Assembly (NCBI GenBank): GCA_963734495.1
Contig: CAVTHK010000009.1
Location: 352,001-416,000, forward strand
Length of the DNA stretch: 64,000 nucleotides
From: an uncultured Spirochaetota bacterium
Lineage (GTDB): Bacteria > Spirochaetota > Spirochaetia > SZUA-6 > CAVTHK01
Direction of reading: 5' to 3'
In this document: positions 1-10,021 of the stretch, piece after piece
Position numbering within the stretch: the stretch's first letter is position 1
How the letters are laid out: each line of letters opens with the position of its first letter
Notes under the pieces: generated by a model
Databases searched by the model: none
Told to the model about the DNA's origin: nothing
What the model saw: the letters and a program-made list of their open reading frames with translations, nothing else
Program-made: the position numbers and the translations under genes

Positions 1-1
1 C

Positions 2-370
2 GATCACCTCGGGGCGTTCGTCTTCTCCCCCGAGGTCGGGACGCCGGCCCTCGATCTGCCGCACCGGCCGCGGCCCTCGACGGCCGCGCGGCGGCTCGAC
101 GAGCTGCTGCGCCTGCAGCGGAAGGTCGTGCAGCGGCGCAATGCCTCGCGCGTCGGGCGGGAGGCGACGGTGCTGCTGGAGAGGCGTGCGGGCCGCGGCC
201 GCACCTGGGTGGGCCGCAGCGCCCGGGAGGCGCCCGAGGTGGACGGCGTGATCCGCGTGCACGCCGTTCCGGAAGGCGCGAGGGCAGGCGACTTCGTGCG
301 CGTGCGCATCACCGGCTCGTCGGGCTACGACTTCGCCGCGGCCTGGGTCCCCGCTAGTCCGCCAGCCTGA
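2..370 (+). CDS. rimO: Ribosomal protein S12 methylthiotransferase, C-terminal part (5' truncated by window edge)
   Basis: Frame 2 reads DHLGAFVFSPEVGTPA...GRSAREAPEVDG...GDFVRVRITG: end of a radical-SAM domain plus TRAM domain with the RimO-type APEVDG motif. Confidence 0.85.
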   Translation, partial: DHLGAFVFSPEVGTPALDLPHRPRPSTAARRLDELLRLQRKVVQRRNASRVGREATVLLERRAGRGRTWVGRSAREAPEVDGVIRVHAVPEGARAGDFVRVRITGSSGYDFAAAWVPASPPA

Positions 371-1928
371 GCGTGTCGTAGCTCAAGGCGAGCGTCGGCC
401 CCAACTTGACGTCCTTGACGCCAGGCCGGGCAAAGACGTACAGGCGGCTCTGCAGGAGCGGGATGGTCGGCACCTCGTCCGTCCAGGCCTTCTGGATCGT
501 CTCGAAGATCTGCCGGCGCGCGTCCGGCTGCGCGCTGCCCCGCTCGGCGGCGAGCCACCCGTCCCACGCGGCGCTGGCGAAGTTGATCCCCATCCCGGCG
601 CTTTCCGCGGTCCCGGCGAACGGGGAGGTGTAGTCGTCCGGGTCGACGTAGTCGGGATACCACCCCAGGAGCCAGGCGGCCATCTGCTTGCTCTTCCACT
701 GGTCCCTGAAGGTCGCCCAATCGGCGGTCCTGACCGTGACCCGGATGGCCCCGCTCCTCTCCAGCTGCCCTTTGAGAGCCTCGGCCATGGCGCGCTCGGA
801 GTCGCCGTAGCGGTCCGGTGCGCACCACAGGTCGAATCTCAACGGCCTCGCGGCGCTGTAGCCGGCCGCGGCCAGGAGCAGCTCCGCCCTTACCGGGTCG
901 GGCTTCTCACCGTAGGCATCCTTGAAGGCAGGCACGTGCCAGGGCACGCCGGCGGGGATCATCGAGTACAAGGCGGAGCTCAGGCCGCGGAACGCCTGAT
1001 CGGCAATCTCCTGCCTGTCGACGAGCGCGGCGACTGCCTGGCGAAGCCGCTTGTCGCTGAAGACCAGCGTCGAGGTCTCGAAGCTCAGGGTGCGGATCTG
1101 CGGGCCGTCGAACCGCCAGGTGACGATGTCGGGCTCCTTCGACAGCTCCCCGATGTCCGAAGGGCTGAAGCTCCGGAACGCGAGGTCGACCTCGCCCTTC
1201 TCGAGGGCGGCACGCATCGCGGCGGCATCGGCGAAATACCGGATGACGATGCGCTTCACCCCCGGCTGAGGGCCCCGCCAGGCGGGGCTGGGCTCGAGCA
1301 CGAGCTCGCGGCCGCGCTCGAACGAGACCAGCCGGTACGGACCCAGCCCGGCCGGGCTTCCACCGGCGAGCTCGTCGACGTCGTGGACGAGCCTGTCCGG
1401 CGGGTAGACCTTCGGGGCGACCGGGAAGTAGGGGGGCGTCGCGGCCAGCGCCGGAAAGAAGGCTGCCGGCTCCTTGAGGCTGAACCTGACCGTGTACCGG
1501 TCGACCACGTCGACCTGCCTGACGAAATCGGTGACGAGCCACGACACGTCGCCCTTGAGCCGCGCGACGCGGTCGATGGACCACTTTACCGCTTCGGCGT
1601 CGAACGGGGTGCCGTCGCTGAACCTGAGATTCCTGCGCAGCCTGAACGTGAACTCGTCGCCCTTGTCGTTGGCCGCGTAGCTCTCCGCGAGGCCCGGCGA
1701 CAGGTTCCTCGTGCCTGGCTCGTAGACGACGAGCCCCCGGCAGATGTTCTGGAGGATCTCCCAGGTGTGGAAGTCGTACGCGCTCGCCGGGTCCATATCG
1801 GTCACCCTCTCGGTGGTGCCGTAGACCAGCGTTTTCGCCGCTGAAGCCGGGGCCACGCGGCCACAGCCCGCCAGGACGAGCCCGGAGGCCAGCGCGACGG
1901 GCAGCAAAGCCGATGGGAGCCTGCGCAT
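354..1928 (-). CDS. ABC transporter substrate-binding lipoprotein, family 5 (peptide/nickel)
   Basis: Lipobox VLAGC after MRRLPSALL; motifs DPASAYD, PGLAESY, FSDGTPFDAEAVKWS, GWYPDYVDPD. Confidence 0.9.
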   Translation of the reverse strand: MRRLPSALLPVALASGLVLAGCGRVAPASAAKTLVYGTTERVTDMDPASAYDFHTWEILQNICRGLVVYEPGTRNLSPGLAESYAANDKGDEFTFRLRRNLRFSDGTPFDAEAVKWSIDRVARLKGDVSWLVTDFVRQVDVVDRYTVRFSLKEPAAFFPALAATPPYFPVAPKVYPPDRLVHDVDELAGGSPAGLGPYRLVSFERGRELVLEPSPAWRGPQPGVKRIVIRYFADAAAMRAALEKGEVDLAFRSFSPSDIGELSKEPDIVTWRFDGPQIRTLSFETSTLVFSDKRLRQAVAALVDRQEIADQAFRGLSSALYSMIPAGVPWHVPAFKDAYGEKPDPVRAELLLAAAGYSAARPLRFDLWCAPDRYGDSERAMAEALKGQLERSGAIRVTVRTADWATFRDQWKSKQMAAWLLGWYPDYVDPDDYTSPFAGTAESAGMGINFASAAWDGWLAAERGSAQPDARRQIFETIQKAWTDEVPTIPLLQSRLYVFARPGVKDVKLGPTLALSYDTLRLAD

Positions 1929-2066
1929 GGGCTTGTTCGTTCGAAGTGAACCGTATTCGTTCCCGCCGCCGCGGTCAACTCGCCGGCGGATTGCGAATTT
2001 TGCATCCGGCCGCAGGCGCGGCGGGCCGGAGCGGCCGGGCGGCGACGAGCCCGGCGCTTGTACGCC

Positions 2067-2095
2067 TTGACTGCGGCGGGGTGCGGAGTTACTGT
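2067..2095 (+). promoter_or_regulatory. Putative sigma70 promoter of the Rrf2 gene
   Basis: TTGACT-17 nt-TACTGT upstream of RBS AAGGAG. Confidence 0.45.
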
Positions 2096-2130
2096 CTTTC
2101 TCAAGCATCTCAGTTGACAAGGAGAAGTGA

Positions 2131-2544
2131 CTGTTCACACTGTCCGCCCGTGCCGTGTATGGCCTCACCGCCGTGGTAGAGCTGGCCCGGCGCCACGATC
2201 GGGGGCCGGTCCAGATCCGCGACATCGCGGACACGCACGGCATTCCGCAGCACTATCTGGAGCAGATCCTCGTCGCCTTGAAGAAATCCGGGATCGTCGA
2301 AAGCGTTCGGGGCGCGCAGGGGGGCTATTCGCTGGCGCGCCCACCTGCGGCGATCCCCGTGGAGGAGGTGCTCGCGGTCCTCGACGGCAAGCTCGAGCTC
2401 GTGGCCGAGGGATGGCGCGAAGGCGCGCTCTCCTTCTACTGGAAGCAGGTCGAAGAGGGGCTCCGGCGGGCCATCACCGGCAACGTCCAGGAGCTCCTGC
2501 TGCGTCTCGAGCACGCCGATGGACAACTTCACTATAGCATTTGA
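2131..2544 (+). CDS. Rrf2-family transcriptional regulator (CymR-like, no Fe-S cysteines)
   Basis: FTLSARAVYGL...IPQHYLEQILVALKKSGIVESVRGAQGGYSLARP; start codon uncertain (in-frame CTG at 2131 or GTG at 2155). Confidence 0.9.
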   Translation: MFTLSARAVYGLTAVVELARRHDRGPVQIRDIADTHGIPQHYLEQILVALKKSGIVESVRGAQGGYSLARPPAAIPVEEVLAVLDGKLELVAEGWREGALSFYWKQVEEGLRRAITGNVQELLLRLEHADGQLHYSI

Positions 2545-2568
2545 CCTGTCCGGTGCCCTTTCTCTTAC

Positions 2569-2597
2569 TTGACCATTCTTATTTGCTTTGGTAGTTT
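2569..2597 (+). promoter_or_regulatory. Putative sigma70 promoter of the sulfur-relay operon
   Basis: TTGACC-17 nt-TAGTTT in an AT-rich gap before RBS GAAGGAG and ATG 2637. Confidence 0.55.
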
Positions 2598-2636
2598 AAT
2601 GTTGACTTTCAAGAGTGACAAACTGAAGGAGCCCAC

Positions 2637-2846
2637 ATGACGCTGACGATCAACGGCAAACGCGAAGAGCTCGCCGCAGATCGACTGACGGTCGTCGAGC
2701 TGCTCAAGCTCAGGGACGTTTCCATGCCCAACATGGTCTCGGTACAGCTCAACGGCGACATCCTGAGCCGTCCCGACTACGCCGCGACGATCGTCAAGGA
2801 CAACGACCAGGTCGAGTTCCTCTATTTCATGGGGGGCGGTTGCTGA
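2637..2846 (+). CDS. thiS: ThiS/HcyS-like sulfur carrier protein with short C-terminal extension
   Basis: 69 aa beta-grasp-like protein MTLTINGK...DQVEFLYFMGGGC. Confidence 0.9.
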   Translation: MTLTINGKREELAADRLTVVELLKLRDVSMPNMVSVQLNGDILSRPDYAATIVKDNDQVEFLYFMGGGC

Positions 2847-2847
2847 C

Positions 2848-4098
2848 GTGACTGACTGGGGGTTCGAGACCAGGGCGATCCACGTCGGCGCGGAGATCTC
2901 GAAAGAGTGGGGGGCGACCCAGACGCCGCTCTACCAGTCGGCAGCGTTTGCCCATCCGGGCCTCGAAGAGGTCGAGGACGTCTTCGCGGGCAGGCGCGGG
3001 GGGTTCCTCTATTCGCGCATCGGCAATCCGACCGTCAGCGTGTTCGAGCAGCGGATGGCGGCTCTCGAGGGCGGCGTGGGGGCGCTGGCCGCGGCCTCGG
3101 GCATGGCCGCGATCGCGACCGTGGCCTTCGCGCTCACGCGGCAGGGTGACCGGATCGTGGCGAGCTCCAGCCTCTTCGGCGGGACGCTCGGGCTCTTCGA
3201 CCGCGTGTTCGGCCGCTACGGGGTGGAGACCCGCTACGTCAGCCCGACCGACCTCGACGCGGTCCGCGCCGCGATCACGGGCCGCACCCGCCTGCTCTTC
3301 GTGGAGACGATCGGGAACCCCAGGGTCGACGTCCCCGACGTGCAGGCCCTCGCCGCCGTCGCGTCCGAGCGGGGCGTGCCCCTGGTCGTCGACGGCACGC
3401 TGTCCACGCCGTACCTGTTCCGGGCCAAGGAACACGGAGCGGCGATCGTCGTGCACTCGGCCACCAAGTACATCACGGGCAACGGCAGCGCGGTGGGCGG
3501 CGTCCTCGTGGACCTGGGCACGTTCGACTGGTCGACCCACCCCGACCCCGACCTCCGCGACGCCTCGCGCAAGGTGGGGCGCGAGCTTGCGTTCCTCAGC
3601 ACGGCGCGCCGCGTCGTGCACGCGAACGTCGGCGGCTCGCAGTCGCCGATGAACGCGTGGCTCCACGCGATCGGCCTGGAGACGCTCGCCCTCCGCATGG
3701 AGCGCCACTGCAGCAACGCCCTCGCGCTGGCGCGGGCGCTCGCGGCCCACCGGGGCGTCGAAGCCGTGGGCTACCCCGGGCTCGACGACAGCCCGTGGCA
3801 CGCCACCGCGGAGCGGCAGTTCGGCGGCCGCTACGGGGCGCTGCTCACGGTGCGGCTGGGCAGCCGCGAGCGCTGCTTCCGGGCGAGCCGGGCGCTGCGG
3901 CTCGCGCGCATCACCCCGAACCTCGGGGACGCGCGCACGCTGGTCATCCACCCGGCATCGTCGATCTACCGGGATGCCGACGAAAAGGCGAGGCTCGCCG
4001 CGGGGGCGCCCGACGACCTGCTGCGGGTGAGCGTCGGGATCGAGACGCCGGCGGACATCGTGGCCGATTTCGAGCAGGCCATATCGGCCGCGGGCTGA
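2848..4098 (+). CDS. O-acetylhomoserine aminocarboxypropyltransferase/sulfhydrylase (Cys/Met PLP family, MetY-like)
   Basis: YSRIGNPT, AASGMAAI, ETIGNP, PLP lysine in HSATKY, LLRVSVGIE. Confidence 0.9.
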   Translation: MTDWGFETRAIHVGAEISKEWGATQTPLYQSAAFAHPGLEEVEDVFAGRRGGFLYSRIGNPTVSVFEQRMAALEGGVGALAAASGMAAIATVAFALTRQGDRIVASSSLFGGTLGLFDRVFGRYGVETRYVSPTDLDAVRAAITGRTRLLFVETIGNPRVDVPDVQALAAVASERGVPLVVDGTLSTPYLFRAKEHGAAIVVHSATKYITGNGSAVGGVLVDLGTFDWSTHPDPDLRDASRKVGRELAFLSTARRVVHANVGGSQSPMNAWLHAIGLETLALRMERHCSNALALARALAAHRGVEAVGYPGLDDSPWHATAERQFGGRYGALLTVRLGSRERCFRASRALRLARITPNLGDARTLVIHPASSIYRDADEKARLAAGAPDDLLRVSVGIETPADIVADFEQAISAAG

Positions 4099-4112
4099 AA
4101 GGGGGAGGACGC

Positions 4113-4946
4113 ATGGGACTGCGGGAAGACCAGATCGTCCGTTACAGCCGCCACATCCTGCTCCAGGGCGTGGGCGGCACAGGCCAGGAGAAGCTCCTCA
4201 GCTCGAAAGTCCTGGTGGTCGGCGCCGGCGGGCTCGGGTCCCCGATCGCGCTCTACCTGGCCGCCGCGGGGGTCGGGACGCTCGGGATCGTGGACTTCGA
4301 CCGCGTGGACCTGAGCAACCTGCAGAGGCAGATCCTGCACGGGACGGCCGACGTGGGCCGCGAGAAGGTCCTCTCGGCGCGGGAGAGCATCGAGCGGATC
4401 AACCCGGACGTCAAGGTCGTCGCGATCGCGGAGCGGCTCGGCGCGGACAACATCCGCGACGTGATCCGCGAGTACGACTTTGTCGTGGAGGGCACGGACA
4501 ACTTTCCCACCAAGTTCCTCGTCAACGACGCCTGCGTGTTCGAGGGCAAGGCCTTCAACCAGGGCGGCATGCTCCGCTTCCAGGGCCAGACCATGACCTA
4601 CGAGCCGGGCCACGCCTGCTACCGCTGCGTCTACGTCGAGCCGCCGCCCAGGGGCGCCGTGCCCACGTGCAGCGAGGCCGGCGTCCTCGGCGCGATCTCG
4701 GGGATGCTCGGCACGATGCAGGCGGCCGAGGCGCTGAAGTACCTGCTGGGGATCGGCGAGACGCTCACCGACCGCGTGCTGATGTTCGACGCGCTCACGA
4801 TGGACTATCGCACCGTGCGCGTGAGGCGCAACCCCCGCTGCCCGGTCTGCGGCGAGCACCCGACCATCACTGAGCTCAGGGAGTACGAGCAGCCGGCGTG
4901 CGACCTGGATCCGGCCGCGTCCGTCCCCAAGGAAGGATCGGTATGA
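4113..4946 (+). CDS. MoeB/ThiF/HesA-family adenylyltransferase (HcyF-like)
   Basis: RYSRHILL, GAGGLGS, SNLQRQ, CYRC and CPVC zinc motifs, catalytic PTCSEAG. Confidence 0.92.
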   Translation: MGLREDQIVRYSRHILLQGVGGTGQEKLLSSKVLVVGAGGLGSPIALYLAAAGVGTLGIVDFDRVDLSNLQRQILHGTADVGREKVLSARESIERINPDVKVVAIAERLGADNIRDVIREYDFVVEGTDNFPTKFLVNDACVFEGKAFNQGGMLRFQGQTMTYEPGHACYRCVYVEPPPRGAVPTCSEAGVLGAISGMLGTMQAAEALKYLLGIGETLTDRVLMFDALTMDYRTVRVRRNPRCPVCGEHPTITELREYEQPACDLDPAASVPKEGSV

Positions 4947-5482
4947 GCACCGAAGTCATCGACAGGCCGCGCGCCGAAACGCAGCCCGAGAAGGCCGCGA
5001 CTCCCGCGGCGAAGAAGAAGCTTTCCATCGTCTGCTTCAGCGGCGACTTCGACCATGCCGTCGCGGTCTTCACGCTCGCCTCGGGGGCGGCGGCCGTCAA
5101 CTACGAGGTGAACCTGTTCTTCACCTTCTGGGGGCTGAATCTGGTCAAGAACAAGAGGGGAAGGAAGTTCTCGGGCAAGGGACTGCCCGCCCGTGCCTTC
5201 AACTGGCTCCAGGGCGGCCTGGCGAACGCGCCCATGAGCCGGCTCAACTTCGGAGGCTTCAGCCCGTGGCTCATGCGGCGGCTGATGCGCAAGCGCAACG
5301 TCGCCACGCTCGAGGAGCTCCTCGAGGCGAGCCGGGCGCTCGGCGTCGGGCTCTATGCCTGCGAGATGTCGATGAACATCCTCGGCATCGGGAAAGAGGA
5401 CTTCATCCCCGAGATCAGGGACGTGATCGGCGTCCCGAAGTTCCTGCAGCTCGCGCAGGGCGGGGAGACGCTGTTCATATGA
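4943..5482 (+). CDS. DsrE/DsrF/DrsH-like (DrsE2) sulfur-transfer protein
   Basis: LFFTFWGL and YACEMSM motifs, TLFI C-terminus. Confidence 0.85.
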   Translation: MSTEVIDRPRAETQPEKAATPAAKKKLSIVCFSGDFDHAVAVFTLASGAAAVNYEVNLFFTFWGLNLVKNKRGRKFSGKGLPARAFNWLQGGLANAPMSRLNFGGFSPWLMRRLMRKRNVATLEELLEASRALGVGLYACEMSMNILGIGKEDFIPEIRDVIGVPKFLQLAQGGETLFI

Positions 5483-5703
5483 AGAAGACGCTCGACATCA
5501 CGCGCGATCACTGCCCGATGACCTTCGTCAGGACGAAGCTGGAGCTCGAGAAGCTCGCGTCCGGCGACCTGCTCGAGGTCCTGCTCTCCGGCCGCGAGCC
5601 CCTGGAGAACGTGCCGCGCTCCGCCGCGGAGGCGGGCTATCGCGTGCTCTCGGTGACGCCCGCCGGCGCGGACCGCGCCACGGTCGTGATCGAGAAGCCA
5701 TGA
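5479..5703 (+). CDS. TusA/SirA-family sulfurtransferase
   Basis: LDITRDHCPMTFVRTKL (CP motif); ATGA overlap with the upstream gene. Confidence 0.88.
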   Translation: MKKTLDITRDHCPMTFVRTKLELEKLASGDLLEVLLSGREPLENVPRSAAEAGYRVLSVTPAGADRATVVIEKP

Positions 5704-6114
5704 CGCTCGAGTCCCGGATCGTCGCGCGCATCGCGGAGCAGGCGCGCGCCGAGGCTCCGAACGAGGCCTGCGGCTACCTCGCGGGGACGGGCGACCGCGC
5801 GAAGGTCGCGATCCCGATGCGGAACGTCGACGCCAGCCCGGAGCATTACTCGTTCGATCCCAGGCAGCAGTTCGCCGCGGTCAAAGAGGCCCGCGCCGTC
5901 GGGTCTCGACCTGATCGCGGTTTACCACAGCCACCCCGCGACCCCGGCGCGCATGAGCGCGGAGGACATCCGGCTCGCCAACGACACGGGCGTGGTCTAC
6001 ATCATCTACTCGCTGGCGGAGGAGACGCTCAAGGGGTTCCGCGTGAGCCGCGACAAGGTCGTGAGCGAGGTCCCCGTGGAGGTGGTCTCCGACGCCAGCG
6101 AAGCCGGTCATTGA
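5700..6114 (+). CDS. JAB/MPN (Mov34, M67) metallopeptidase, HcyD/Mec-like; apparent frameshift near 5900
   Basis: PNEACGYL in one frame, continuing as YHSHPATPARMSAEDI (JAMM HxH...S..D) in another. Confidence 0.85.
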
Positions 6115-6139
6115 TAGCCGGCTGTCAAGGAGAACCCTC

Positions 6140-7055
6140 ATGGAGACGAAGCGCTCCCGCGTTCCCTTCATATTGACCGGCATTGACGACGGCCCTCGGC
6201 GCGGCCTTCGCGGACAACAGCGCGACCGGCGCGGCGCCGCCGATCGTGGACGCGGCGTGGCTCGCCGCACGGCTCGGCCGCCCGGGCGTGGTGGTCGTCG
6301 AAGTCGGGACGAAGGCGGAGGACTACGCAGCCGACCACATCCCGGGAGCGGTCTACCTCGAGCTCAAGTCGATCTACGACACCGTCAACGGCGTCCCCGG
6401 GATGTTCCCGGGCGTGAAGACGGCCGTCGACGCGCTCGAGCGGATCGGCGTCGGCGACGACGCCAGCGTGGTGTTCTACGACGGCGCCGAGAGCCTGTGG
6501 TCCGCCCGCGCGTTCTGGGCCCTGGAGTACCTCGGCCACGAGAACGTGCACGTCCTGAACGGCGGCCTCGCCAGGTGGGAGGAAGAAGGGCGGCCGTTGA
6601 GCCGCGCGGTGCCGAAACCGGCCCGTGCGGGCTTCACGGCTCGCGTCGTCCCGGACCGCCTGGCGAGCAGGGACACGGTGCTCGCGTGCATCGCCAGGCC
6701 CGACACGCAGATCATCGACGCCCGCTCGCACGACGAGTACGTCGGCACGGACGCGCGGGCGCGCCGCGCGGGACACATCCCCGGGGCCGTCAACATCGAC
6801 TGGATGGAGAACACGGTGGGCGACGCCGGCAAGCAGATCCTCGACGACCAGGCCCTCGCGGCGGTGTACAAGGACGCGGGCATCACGAAGGACAAGAACG
6901 TCATCACTCACTGCCAGACGGGCGTGCGCGCGGCCAACACGTACCTCGCGCTTCGCAACCTCGGCTACACCAACGTGGCCCTCTACGACGGCTCGTGGGC
7001 GGAGTGGGGCAACGAGAGCGACACTCCCGTCGTGAGCGGCGCCGCGTCGAAATAG
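6140..7055 (+). CDS. Tandem-domain rhodanese/thiosulfate sulfurtransferase with probable signal peptide; frameshift near 6180
   Basis: HIPGAV twice, HCQTGVR active site, YDGSWAEW; leader METKRSRVPFIL..ALGAAFA after RBS AAGGAG. Confidence 0.85.
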
Positions 7056-7077
7056 GGGGGTGCCGGCTGCGTCCGCA

Positions 7078-7977
7078 TCACTGGATCTGCGCGAGCAGTG
7101 CGGCGGCCTTCTGCGCCAGGTCCGACCCCGGCGCCAGGTCGCGCGCCTGCTGCAGGCGGGCCGTCGCGTTGCGCGTGTCGCCGAGAGCGCGGCAGGCGAA
7201 GGACGCGAGGATCTGCGCCGCCTGGGCGCCGCCGCCATTCGGATGGACCGCGAGATAGCCGTCCAGGAGCGGGAGAGCGTCGACCGCGTCCGCGCTCTCT
7301 ATCAGCAGGCGGCCCTTGAGCAGCACGAAGTCTCCGTAGTAGTCCGCCTTCCGCGGCGGCGCCATCTTCGCGAGGAGCCGCAGCGCCTGGGCCCGCTGCC
7401 CGAGCAGATCGCTGGCATAGGCCTGGTAGAACAGCGCTGCCTGCTCGGTATCGCCGTCCGTTGCGCTCTCCGACGCCTTCTGGAACGCGGCAAGCGCATC
7501 CTTGTGGTTGCCCTGCTCCAGGAGCGCGAGACCCTGCTTGACCGTCTCGCTGGCCTCGTCCTCGACCCAGGTGACCGCCCCGCCCCCCTGGGCCTTGCCC
7601 CGCACGCCCATCTGCGCGGCCTGCGTCTCGGAGCCGCGGGTCCCCGAGGCCAGCGCGCCGAGCTTCGAGCCCATGACTGAAGAGATGCCCCAGGAAGAGG
7701 CGGTGCCCGCTGCCTGCAGGAGGTCCGGCAGCCGATAGGTTCCCGCCCGGCTGAGCGTGACGACGCGATCGCCGCGTGCGATCTCCGCGTACCCTCCCGC
7801 GGACAGGCGCACCGTGGCATCGGCGGGAAGATCGTCGCCGGCGTCCACGTCGAGCCACGCGGAGCCGCGCTGGACTTCGAGCCCGTCCGCAAACTGGACC
7901 GTCACGGCCTGTCCCGAGACCGGGCGAGCCGCGACCAGGGCAGCAGCCAGGAAAATGACGAACCTGCTCATCGGCAT
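7078..7977 (-). CDS. Exported protein with C-terminal TPR-like repeats
   Basis: Signal peptide, beta-rich N-terminal region, TPR-like helices (GLALLEQGNHKDALAAFQKA). Confidence 0.65.
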   Translation of the reverse strand: MPMSRFVIFLAAALVAARPVSGQAVTVQFADGLEVQRGSAWLDVDAGDDLPADATVRLSAGGYAEIARGDRVVTLSRAGTYRLPDLLQAAGTASSWGISSVMGSKLGALASGTRGSETQAAQMGVRGKAQGGGAVTWVEDEASETVKQGLALLEQGNHKDALAAFQKASESATDGDTEQAALFYQAYASDLLGQRAQALRLLAKMAPPRKADYYGDFVLLKGRLLIESADAVDALPLLDGYLAVHPNGGGAQAAQILASFACRALGDTRNATARLQQARDLAPGSDLAQKAAALLAQIQ

Positions 7978-8036
7978 CCCCTCACCCGCCAAAGAGTATA
8001 TGGTCGCGATCCCCCGTTTCCAATGAGCAGGGTCGC

Positions 8037-9947
8037 TCAGTGCGCGTCCGCAACCAGGCGGGCGAACTCCGGCGCATCGATCGTCTCGATCTCGAGCAGC
8101 CGCTCGGCCACCCGCTTGAGCGCCGGCTCGTCCTTCCTGAGCCGCTCCAGCACGACCTTGTAGCGCTCGTCGATGATGCGGGCGGTCTCCTCGTCTATGT
8201 ACTTCTGGGTGCTTTCGGAGTACTCCCGCTGGATGGTGTACGCCTGCTCGCCGAGGAAGACGCTGGACTTGCGGTAGGGCAGGTGCACGTTGCGGAACTG
8301 CTCGCTCATGCCGTACTCGGTGATCATCCGGTTGGCGATGTCGGTCGCGCGCGAGAGGTCGTTGGCCGCCCCGGTCGAGACCGTGCCGAAGGTGATCTCC
8401 TCGGCCGCGCGGCCGCCGAGCAGGACGTCGATGCGGCCGAGGAGCTCCTCGCGCGTCATGAGGTAGCGTTCCTCCGTCGGGAGCTGGATGGTGAAGCCGA
8501 GGGCGCCCATGCCGCGCGGCACGATCGAGATCTTCTGCACGGGGTCGGCGCCCGGCGTCCCCTGGGCGACCAGCGCGTGGCCGGATTCGTGGAAGGCCAC
8601 GATCCGCTTCTCGTCGGGCGAGATGAGCTTGTTGGTCTTCTTGAGCCCGGCGACCACCTTTTCGACCGCCTCGGCAAAGTCGGCCTGCACGACCTTGTCG
8701 CGACCCTCCCGCACCGCCAGCAGGGCCGCCTCGTTGACGAGGTTGGCGAGGTCTGCGCCGACGAATCCCGGCGTCGCCCGCGCTACGATCTTCAAGTCAA
8801 CGGAGGGATCCAGCTTGACCTCGCGGGAGTGGATGCGGAGGATCGCCTCCCGGCCGGCGAGGTCGGGCTTGTCGATCAGCACCTGCCGGTCGAAGCGGCC
8901 GGGCCTCATGAGCGCCGGGTCCAGGATCTCGGGGCGGTTGGTCGCCGCGAGGATGATCACGCCCGCGCGCGCGTCGAACCCGTCCATCTCCACGAGGAGC
9001 TGGTTCAGTGTCTGCTCGCGCTCGTCGTTGGTGCTGAGCCCGGCCGCGCGGCTCTTGCCGATCGCGTCCAGCTCGTCGATGAAGATGATGCACGGCGCCT
9101 TCTGGCGCGCCTGCTTGAACAGGTCGCGGACGCGCGCGGCGCCGACGCCCACGAACATCTCGACAAAGTCCGCGCCGCTCATGCGGAAGAACGGCACCCC
9201 TGCCTCGCCCGCGACCGCCTTGGCCATCATGGTCTTGCCGGTCCCGGGCGCGCCGACGAGCAGGACGCCCTTGGGGATCTTGCCGCCGATGGCCGTGTAC
9301 TTCTGCGGCGTCTTGAGGAAGTCGACCACCTCCACGAGCTCGGCCTTGGCCTCGTCCGCGCCCGCCACGTCGGCGAATCGGACGCCCGTTTCCCCCTCGG
9401 AGACGATCTGGGCTTTACTGCGGCCAAAGGAGAGCACGTCCGTCCCGGAGGCTCCCATGCGCTTGAACAGCATGCGCCAGACGACCCAGAACAGCAGGAT
9501 CGGCACGACCCAGCTCATGATCATGGCGAGGAACGGGCGATTCTGCGCCGGCACGGCGTAGTACTCGACGTTCTTCTCGTCCATCAGCGGGACAAAGGTC
9601 GGGTCGGTGACGCTCGCGGTCTTGTATTCCTTGGCGCTCTTGGCCTGCCCGCCCGCGATCTCCTCGCGGGTGGCCGACAGGCCCACGTAGTACGTGTCCG
9701 TGATCTCGACCCGCTTGATCTGCCCCGAGCGTATCAGCTCCTTGAACGTGCTGTAGTCCACGAGCTCCTCGCGGGGCTGCATGAGGACCTGGTTGAGGAC
9801 CACCATCGCGACGAGGACGGCGAGGAAGTACCAGAGCGAAAAGCGGAACTGGTTCTTGTGGATCGGTCCGATCAGGGGCTCGCGTTCCCCGGGCCCAGCG
9901 TTCTTGTCAGGTTTTTTCCACGGTTTTTCTTCTCTGCCGTTTGTCAT
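8037..9947 (-). CDS. ftsH: ATP-dependent zinc metalloprotease FtsH
   Basis: Two TM segments, Walker [31 protein letters not shown] zinc motif. Confidence 0.97.
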   Translation of the reverse strand: MTNGREEKPWKKPDKNAGPGEREPLIGPIHKNQFRFSLWYFLAVLVAMVVLNQVLMQPREELVDYSTFKELIRSGQIKRVEITDTYYVGLSATREEIAGGQAKSAKEYKTASVTDPTFVPLMDEKNVEYYAVPAQNRPFLAMIMSWVVPILLFWVVWRMLFKRMGASGTDVLSFGRSKAQIVSEGETGVRFADVAGADEAKAELVEVVDFLKTPQKYTAIGGKIPKGVLLVGAPGTGKTMMAKAVAGEAGVPFFRMSGADFVEMFVGVGAARVRDLFKQARQKAPCIIFIDELDAIGKSRAAGLSTNDEREQTLNQLLVEMDGFDARAGVIILAATNRPEILDPALMRPGRFDRQVLIDKPDLAGREAILRIHSREVKLDPSVDLKIVARATPGFVGADLANLVNEAALLAVREGRDKVVQADFAEAVEKVVAGLKKTNKLISPDEKRIVAFHESGHALVAQGTPGADPVQKISIVPRGMGALGFTIQLPTEERYLMTREELLGRIDVLLGGRAAEEITFGTVSTGAANDLSRATDIANRMITEYGMSEQFRNVHLPYRKSSVFLGEQAYTIQREYSESTQKYIDEETARIIDERYKVVLERLRKDEPALKRVAERLLEIETIDAPEFARLVADAH

Positions 9948-10021
9948 GAAATTCATAGTAATACTCGCGGGCAACGGGATCAATGCAGGGTGAAGGCCTT
10001 CGCGGGTCCCGCTGAGCGTGC

